Assembly (NCBI GenBank): GCA_951406725.2
Contig: OX597824.1
Location: 70,370,001-70,434,000, forward strand
Direction of reading: 5' to 3'
Source of the DNA: Octopus vulgaris
Taxonomy: Eukaryota
Length of the DNA stretch: 64,000 bases
Shown: positions 57,389-64,000 of the stretch, in pieces
Numbering within the stretch: position 1 is the first letter of the stretch
How the letters are laid out: each line of letters begins with the position of its first letter
Translations under genes and position numbers: made by a program
The notes under the pieces: model-generated
What the model was told of the DNA's origin: nothing
The model's database searches: none
The model's input: the letters and a program-made list of their open reading frames with translations, nothing else

Positions 57389-58417
57389 CGTATATATATA
57401 TATATATGGTAAATGAAAATGTAGAGTTGGTAAGGATATAAATATGATTACAGAATGGAGAGTTACAGGTGTGTGTGTGTGTGTAACAAGCGTAGCCAGT
57501 ATATACAATGCTATAAGCGCAGTGTCACATTAATCTATCTCTCTCTCACACACACACATACACACACCTTGCTGCGCGCAAGTTTGTATCTGTCAAGGTT
57601 GTGTGTGAACTACGATGTTTTGTGTGTTTTGTTATTTCATTATGCTGCTTTTTTAAAATTTATTTATTTGTGAATGAATAGACGTCTGCATGAATGTGTG
57701 TCTACGTATATGTTGCACGCGCTGCGTATGCATATTCGTACGATTGTTGCACTTATGTGTATCCGTATGTTTGTATATTTTGTGTAATTTTGTGTAGTTA
57801 GTGTATGTACGTATAAATAAAAGTAAGAACTCACTGTGGACAAGGCTGCGTGGCGTTCGATTATAGATAAATATAAAATACATCAATTACAGGACATGTA
57901 TGTATCTATGTATCTATGTATGCATTAGATAAACCACAGTTATGCCTATGTCCGTGTATGGATGTGCGTCTATTTATGTCTGGCCTAGTGGTTAGAGTGC
58001 TGGGCCCCACGACCGTGATGTCGTAGGTTCGATTCCTTGGATGTGCAGAGCATTGTGTTTCTGAGCAAGGTACTTTAATTTAAGCTGCTCGAGTGTACTC
58101 GGCTGTGAGTACAAGCCGAGTGCTGATACTGCCTTCTCTCTCTCTCTCTCTCTCTCTCCTTCTCTTTCCATTTGGACATACTGGATGGTTCGCTGGGCCA
58201 AGTGTGAAGGGGAAATATGAGGACGTCTTTGCCTGCTGGTGACCTCATCGGCACCTAAAACAATATGCGAAAGCTTGGTACATGCTTGTGCGTGTGCGTG
58301 ACGGCAGTGGTTTACCTACACAGGTGTGGATGTGTGGTTTAGACGTTCGCTTCGCAACTTCGTCTCGATTTCAGCCCCATTGAACAAATTGCGCAAATGT
58401 ATCCTAATATAGTCCCG

Positions 58418-58899
58418 ACCGCGAATTTTTTCCCACGAGAGTTCCGGACCCTAGTAATAAACTCATTTGCATACAGCCAATCGGAGCTCACATTGGCCTT
58501 GTTGCCAAGTTAACAAACACACTCTACCAAGTAAGCTCAAGACGAAGAACGGTGTTGTATGTCGACCGATCGCCATGTCATGCCTGATTTTAGAAGGGGA
58601 CAGACAAGTAACTAGATTTGCATCTATACTTACTATCGGATTTTGTTAGGGTCCCATATGGTAAAGACGTAAACGGGAAAAATGTGGGTAGAAGGTGATG
58701 TGCTAACAACCCTCTCCCCTTACTGCTTTACAAAGTAAACAACACAAATAACTACACAGAACCAGCCATGGTAAGAACAAGGACAACAAGCATTCTTCAA
58801 AGTGAAAAGAAGCATGGTCATTCCTTACGCAGATTGGCTGTATGCAAATGACTTCACAACTGGGGTCCGGAACTCTCGTGGGAAAAAAACTTTTCGCGT
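58418..58899. mobile_element. MITE with ~65-bp TIRs inserted in a SINE B; superfamily unassigned
   Basis: CGCGAA..TTCCCACGAGAGTTCCGGACCC..TCATTTGCATACAGCCAATC at 58420-58482 is inverted at 58832-58898. Flanking CCCG is duplicated, and the host SINE B resumes as ATAGTCCCG/GGCCGATCAATGCCTTGTGA. Confidence 0.88.
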
Positions 58900-59679
58900 C
58901 CCGGGCCGATCAATGCCTTGTGAATGAATTTGGTAGGCAGAGATTGTATATTCGCCTATTGTTGCATGCGTGTGTATGTATGTAGGCATGCATACATATG
59001 TGTGCCTTTGTACGTGTGCGTGCGTGTATGTGTGTGTATAGTGCGAGCGTGCGCGCGCGCATTTCTGCCGTATCTCCCCGTCTGACAAAAAAGTAATAGC
59101 TTGTCTATGTTTCTGAGATTTAGCAGTTAGTCAAAAAGAAACCGATAGAACAAAAACAGCAATATATATATATACATTCATACATAAGAATACACACACA
59201 TATATAGACATACATTTCATGCATACGAATACACATACACATACATACATACATACATACATGCTACAAACGCATAGACAGACACACTCATAAACACACA
59301 TAGATACACACATACAAAAATATTTACAAAAATACACGTATACACACATGCACACGCACATACAAAAACATACACATTCACAAAAACACTCATACACACA
59401 CACTTACACAAACACATACACACACACGCACAGACTAATATTCACAGATTACGCACAAGCATTCACACATACAAAAAAACCCACGCAAACACGACTCACA
59501 CATACATATAAACACGTACATACGTACACTAACAAATTAAAGATGTTATTATTTTGGAACATATAAATAGAAACAAAGAATAAAAGTTTAAAAAAAACTT
59601 TAGAGCTTAAAACCTGATCGATACTCTTCGAAGCAGAATCGATCGAGAAATCGAAGCATCAACAACAACATTAACTGCT

Positions 59680-60552
59680 CCTAATTTAGGCACAAGGTCA
59701 CAAATATGGCGGGAAAAGGCTTAGTAGATAATAACAGCCGCAGTACTCAACTGGTACTTTATTTTATTGACCCTCGCTCTTATGAAAGACAAACTTGAAC
59801 TCGGCAAAATTTGAACTCAAAACGTAAAGAACAAGAGTAAATACCTATTTCTTTACTACCCACAAGGGGATAAACATAGAGAGGACAAACAAGGACAGAC
59901 AAACGGATTAAGTCGATTATATCGACCCCAGTGCGTAACTGGTACTTATTTAATCGACCCCGAAAGGATGAAAGGCAAAGTCGACCTCGGCAGAATTTGA
60001 ACTCAAAACGTAGCAGCAGACGAAATACCTATTTCTTTACTACCCACAAGGGGCTAAACACAGAGGGGACAAACAAGGACAGACATAGGTATTAAGTCGA
60101 TTACATCGACCCCAGTGCGTAACTGGTACTTAATTTATCGACCCCGAAAGGATGAAAGGCAAAGTCGACCTCGGCGGAATTTGAACTCATAACGTAACGC
60201 AGACGAAATACCGCTAAGCATTTCGCCCGGCGTGCTAACGTTTCTGCCAGCTCGCCGCCTTAGATAATAATAATGATGATGATGATGATGATCCTTTCTA
60301 CTGAAGGCATAGGAGGGAGATAGTGGATTACATCACCCCCAGTACTCAACTGATACTTAATTTATCGATCCCGAACGGATGAAAAGGCATAGTTGAACAC
60401 GGCGGAATTTGAACTCAGAACGTGAGAACGGATAGGCATTTCGTCTGACATGCTAACGATACTGAAAGTTCGCCGCCGTAATAATATCTCTTTCCACTTT
60501 ATGCACAAGGCCTGAAATTTTGCGGGGAGGAATTTAATCGTTTACGTCGACC
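59680..60552 (-). mobile_element. Cluster of SINE family A copies including a 184-bp tandem multimer (59841-60259)
   Basis: ATACCTATTTCTTTAC at 59841 and 60025. Confidence 0.9.
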
Positions 60553-60944
60553 CCCTAAGGGAGGTTCCCATGCTTTGTTCAGGAATCGGCTAACCAAAAT
60601 TCCATAACTGGTTGCTAGTATTTGGATCATCATTGTCATGAAAATCTTAAATCTATCTCACGATGACTGGCCGATATCACCTTGTGTCTTGATCCACCCT
60701 GTTTAATGGAGTGTCACACACCCAACTGTCACACCTTCAAATCCATTGGACCGTGTGATACCCTTGGATTCACTGGCACAGTTTAAGCTGGTCAGCTGAG
60801 ACCAAAAACCAGGGTATCACCACTGCAGTATATTGTACAAGTGTTTGTTTTTATGTCAAGTTATATACTAATATTAAACTGAATGGTAGCTCAATACATT
60901 TTTTTAGTAAAGTACCATATTTATTAAACGTTTATAAAAGAAAC

Positions 60945-61015
60945 GGGTGACAGTGACTTCGAAATTTCGGTTTCTTCGCCTTCGTCTTATGAAGGTAAGC
61001 GGAAACTTCGAAGTT
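60945..61015. other. Overlapping divergent pair of decayed hammerhead-like motifs
   Basis: Minus: AAGACGA-A-GG..CC-GAAA-TTTCGAAG-TC-ACTGTCACCC. Plus: CTTATGA-AG..GAAA-CTTCGAAG-TT. Confidence 0.5.
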
Positions 61016-61527
61016 CCTATCAACCTATTCCTTGCAAAAGTTTAATAAACAAATGCTGTGCCATACATACACATATATACACACACATAGACACATACAT
61101 ACGCACACATATATTTACACACATACGCATACATACATACATACATACATACATACATACATACATACATACATACATACATACATACATACATACGCAC
61201 ACACATACATAATACACACATGAATACATACATATATTTAAACATACATATATGCAGGTCCAGTTCTCCAAAGCTACTAGATTTGATGTGCATAGAAACA
61301 GAATGACTATTTATTTCTCTGGGGGGATTGATCAAGCATTGGACACATCTCTGATGACACTGCAATAATTGTCGAAAATCGATTAAGGTTGTTCATAACT
61401 TTTCTTTCAATCTACAGGGAAATAGGTACAAATTGACATATTTGTAAGACTGTAACGTACGTATGTGTGTGTGTGTATATATATATACCTCTTCTGGTTT
61501 CCGTCTCTCCGGACCTGTCCACTTTCA

Positions 61528-61565
61528 TCTTTCTGACGAAGAGACATGCTCGAAACGTCACACAC
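61528..61565 (+). ncRNA. Minimal hammerhead motif, core intact but stem I degraded
   Basis: CTGACGA (61533-61539), A, GAG-acatg-CTC, GAAA (61552-61555), CG, TC. GUC triplet present; stem I pairs only 3 of 5. Confidence 0.55.
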
Positions 61566-61671
61566 CACTCTTTTTTTCATCTTAAATTGAGCGTTAACCT
61601 AATGCATTCACTCTGAACGCCCTTTTGACTTCAGTTCTCTTTTTTTTCTTTGTTTTTATTTTCGATTTACC

Positions 61672-61704
<33 letters not shown>

Positions 61705-61859
61705 ACACGCATACGTACACACACATACACACAGAATTTAAATGTGGACTACTATAAGTTTCATGCTCCGATTGTACAGAAGTCGGACGAGCTTTTGTAT
61801 AGTGTGTCGTGCGTGTACTTCCTAGCAACCATCATATCTCTCTCCCTCTCTCTCTCTCT

Positions 61860-61909
<50 letters not shown>

Positions 61910-62077
61910 GAATTAAATAGAAATGTGGCAATAAACACACACAGACCTATGTAGAGATTTCCATTAAGTAGAAGAAAATAGATTATGTTGTCAATTAAAT
62001 GTAGTGACATATTGACCGAGAGAGAGAGAGCTACAGAGATAAAAAATATATAAAAATAGACAAAGAAAAAGAGTGAA

Positions 62078-62144
<67 letters not shown>

Positions 62145-62243
62145 AAGAGAGAGAGAAGGATTTATATATTTTATAGTGTCTCATTGTTTTACTGGAGAGA
62201 CGGAAGCAAAAGACATACAGAACTGTGTGCGTGTGTGTATATG

Positions 62244-62274
<31 letters not shown>

Positions 62275-62544
62275 CCTAGAGACAGAGATAAACTGCTCTT
62301 TTTTATCAGTTTTGTTTTTGTTATGTATTTTGTATATTTTTTCTGACATCATGTCTATCAATACGACAAGCGTACGATTGATAGAAATGCGTGTATATGT
62401 GTATATGTATGTATGTCAGGACGTGCGAGTTTGTTTTTTTGTGTGTGTATGTGTGTGTATGTGTGTGCTTGTGCGCGCGCGCTTGTTTTCTTGCGTGTAA
62501 GGTATCTCAAAGGTACACATCTAAATCAGAAACCATTTATAAAG

Positions 62545-63290
62545 GCAGGGAGTTCTGAGTTCAAATTCCGCTGACTTCGACTTTCTTTTTCATTCTTTCG
62601 GGATCGACTTTAACTTTCATCCTTTCGGTTTCGATAAATTAAGCACCAGTTGCGTACTGGGGTCGATCTAATCGACTGGCTCCCTCCCACAAAAATTTCG
62701 GTCCTTATGCCAAGAGACGAAAAGATCCTTTCGGTGTCGATAGATCAAGAACCAGTCGGGTATGAGGTCGATCGTATATACTAACCCCTTTCCAATAAAA
62801 CTAATGGCATTGTACCAAAATGTGAAACCTTTAATATAGTAAAGGCGTTCTGAGTTCAAATCCAGTCGGGGACAAAATTTACTCCGACGAAATTTGAACT
62901 CAGAACGCCTCCATTATATCAAACTTGGAACGTAAAGAACCAGATCAAACACTGCAAGGGATCTCGTCTGATGTTCTAACAAGTCTGCCAAATCCACAAT
63001 TCATCACCCTCGACTTCGTGTTATCGAATCCCGAGAAGATGTAAAGTAAAGTGAACCTCGACAGGATTTGAACTCGGGACGTAAAGAACCAGAACAAGCC
63101 CTGCAAGGCATGTCGTCTGATGTTCTTACAAATCCCTAATTCATTCCCCTCGATTGGTACTTTGATCGACTCTCGAAAAGATAAAAAAAGATAAAGTTGA
63201 CCTTGACAGTATTTGAACTCAGATCGTAAAGAGCTGGAACAAATATCCAGAACGTATTCTATCCCATGATCTAACGACTCTTATCGATTT
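62545..63290. mobile_element. Rearranged SINE A fragments, including a degenerate ~150-bp triplication (about 62920-63290)
   Basis: AACTYRGRWCGTAAAGA recurs near 62922, 63071 and 63216. Confidence 0.7.
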
Positions 63291-63760
63291 TCCACTACCT
63301 TAAGGGGAAAAAAATAGACAAAAACGGGTTATCGATTTTCCAAAATGGATGATAATGTAAAAGAAACAAGTAAAAAAAAATGGATGGGAACCACTTTTAC
63401 AGGACGAAATCTTTAAACCTGGAGAGGGAAAGGGAAAAAAAATCAAACAAAAACAGAAGAAAAAGACTAGGAATGGTCTGTGTGTCGTCGGCAATAATTT
63501 GTCAATGGAGGAGATCGATAAAAAGAGTTCAATAAGGTTCGATTGTTGTGAGAAATGACGAATCTAACCCAGCGTTGGCCAGATCAATGTCATGGAGGAA
63601 GGAAACCAAAAATGAAGGGGATTTTTCGGGGGGGGGGGGGCATGGTAAGTAGTAGTAGTAGTAGTAGTAGTAGTAAGAGGAGGAGGGGGAGTTTAGTGTA
63701 CCAGGTGGGTGTGTTTACTAACCAAAAATATGCGTTCCATCTGTAGGCATCTACATACAT

Positions 63761-64000
63761 TACTCTTTACTCTTTTACTTGTTTCAGTCATTTGACTGCG
63801 GCCATGCTGGAGCACCGCCTTTAGTCGAGCAAATCGACCCCCGGACTTATTCTTTGTAAGCCCAGTACTTATTCTATCAGTCTCTTTTGTCGAACCGCTA
63901 AGTGACGGGGACGTAAACACACCAGCATCGGTTGTCAAGCAATGCTAGGGGGACAAACACAGACACACAAACACACACACATATATATATACATATATAC
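63761..64000 (-). mobile_element. SINE family B 3' half (runs off the window end)
   Basis: Near-identical to 2452-2690. Confidence 0.9.

Overview
AT-rich, microsatellite-saturated eukaryotic non-coding DNA (intron or intergenic). It is most likely from an octopus, judged from the SINE families as I recall them; I ran no database search. I find no intact host protein-coding gene: almost every ORF in the supplied track is a translation of (TA)n, (CA)n, (CATA)n, (GATA)n or (AAT)n repeats or of SINE bodies. The window holds dozens of copies of at least four tRNA-derived SINE families (my labels A-D) and a fifth dispersed repeat (E). DNA transposon remains include a mariner transposase pseudogene, two mariner deletion derivatives, a hAT-type MITE and an unclassified long-TIR MITE. 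Retroelement remains include Penelope-like (GIY-YIG), RTE and CR1-group fragments. There are also a 1.1-kb near-perfect palindrome, several local duplications and a 100-N scaffold gap. Main leads: (1) a tRNA-headed SINE flanked by a TSD that carries an intact minimal hammerhead ribozyme of the Penelope-associated type, plus further hammerhead-like motifs, two sets in inverted pairs; (2) family-A SINEs that retropose as 184-bp internal tandem multimers with one fixed junction; (3) a MITE whose TIRs each carry octamer and CCAAT motifs.
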